64,000 nucleotides of DNA, from positions 558,001-622,000 of the forward strand of contig JAYWIR010000054.1 in the NCBI GenBank assembly GCA_036172245.1. Direction: 5' to 3'. Each line of letters opens with the position of its first letter. The stretch's first letter is position 1. The DNA comes from Raillietiella orientalis. Its lineage: Eukaryota. Shown one piece after another: positions 63,641 through 64,000 of this stretch. The notes beneath the pieces are model-generated. The model saw only the letters and a list, made by a program, of their open reading frames with translations, was not told the origin of the DNA and made no database searches. Made by a program: the position numbers and the translations under genes.

Positions 63641-64000
63641 AAAGGGATTCATTGAAATTTAATTATTCCCAAAGAAAGCCTCGCGCCGCCGCCAGGTGGG
63701 CGTCAAGAGCGAGGAGGTGATTTGGTTTTCACCCGGGATCGCCGGGACGTTCGTTTAAACAAACTCTCGTTGGGTGGCTACTGGCCTTCGGATGATGGAG
63801 TTCCTTTTTGGGTTTTCTTTTTTTTGCCTTCGCTGTTTTCCTTCCAGCTTTTTCTTTCAGGTTTTCATTTTTCTTGGTTCGCCAAGTTCCTCAAGAACTG
63901 TCTCGCGCCTGGCGGCTCACGCAGCTCTTTAACGCCGTTCCATCCACCCGAGTGAGCGTGTAATTCTTCAAGATAGAGGGTACACCGGGAGATGACCATC

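Overview
Eukaryotic (animal, most likely arthropod) genomic DNA. Most entries in the ORF track are chance frames in GC-rich, repeat-derived sequence. Three spliced protein-coding genes can be reconstructed by hand. (1) A Shox-family paired-like homeobox gene (+, 34199-45427) with two multi-kb introns and a divergent OAR motif. (2) An SLC35B4-type nucleotide-sugar transporter (+, 50083-51328). (3) A RILP-like Rab effector (-, 60226-58411). The last two genes have very short introns, mostly 39-51 nt. The ~45 kb around Shox is gene-poor and full of decayed L1/Tx1-like non-LTR retrotransposon fragments, mostly on the minus strand. The most interesting signal is that these relics carry small-RNA-derived 5' heads. 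Two 5'-truncated copies (8210 minus, 19576 plus) begin with U2 snRNA nt 1-37/38, cut at essentially the same point. Four other copies begin with a tRNA-like A/B-box head, which in three of them runs into shared ORF1-like sequence. The window also has several inverted repeats and palindromes, a likely gene-conversion patch, a ~900-bp alternating purine/pyrimidine tract and a few hairpin or ncRNA candidates. No CRISPR arrays, rRNA genes or intact tRNA genes were seen. All homology calls come from remembered family motifs, not database searches.
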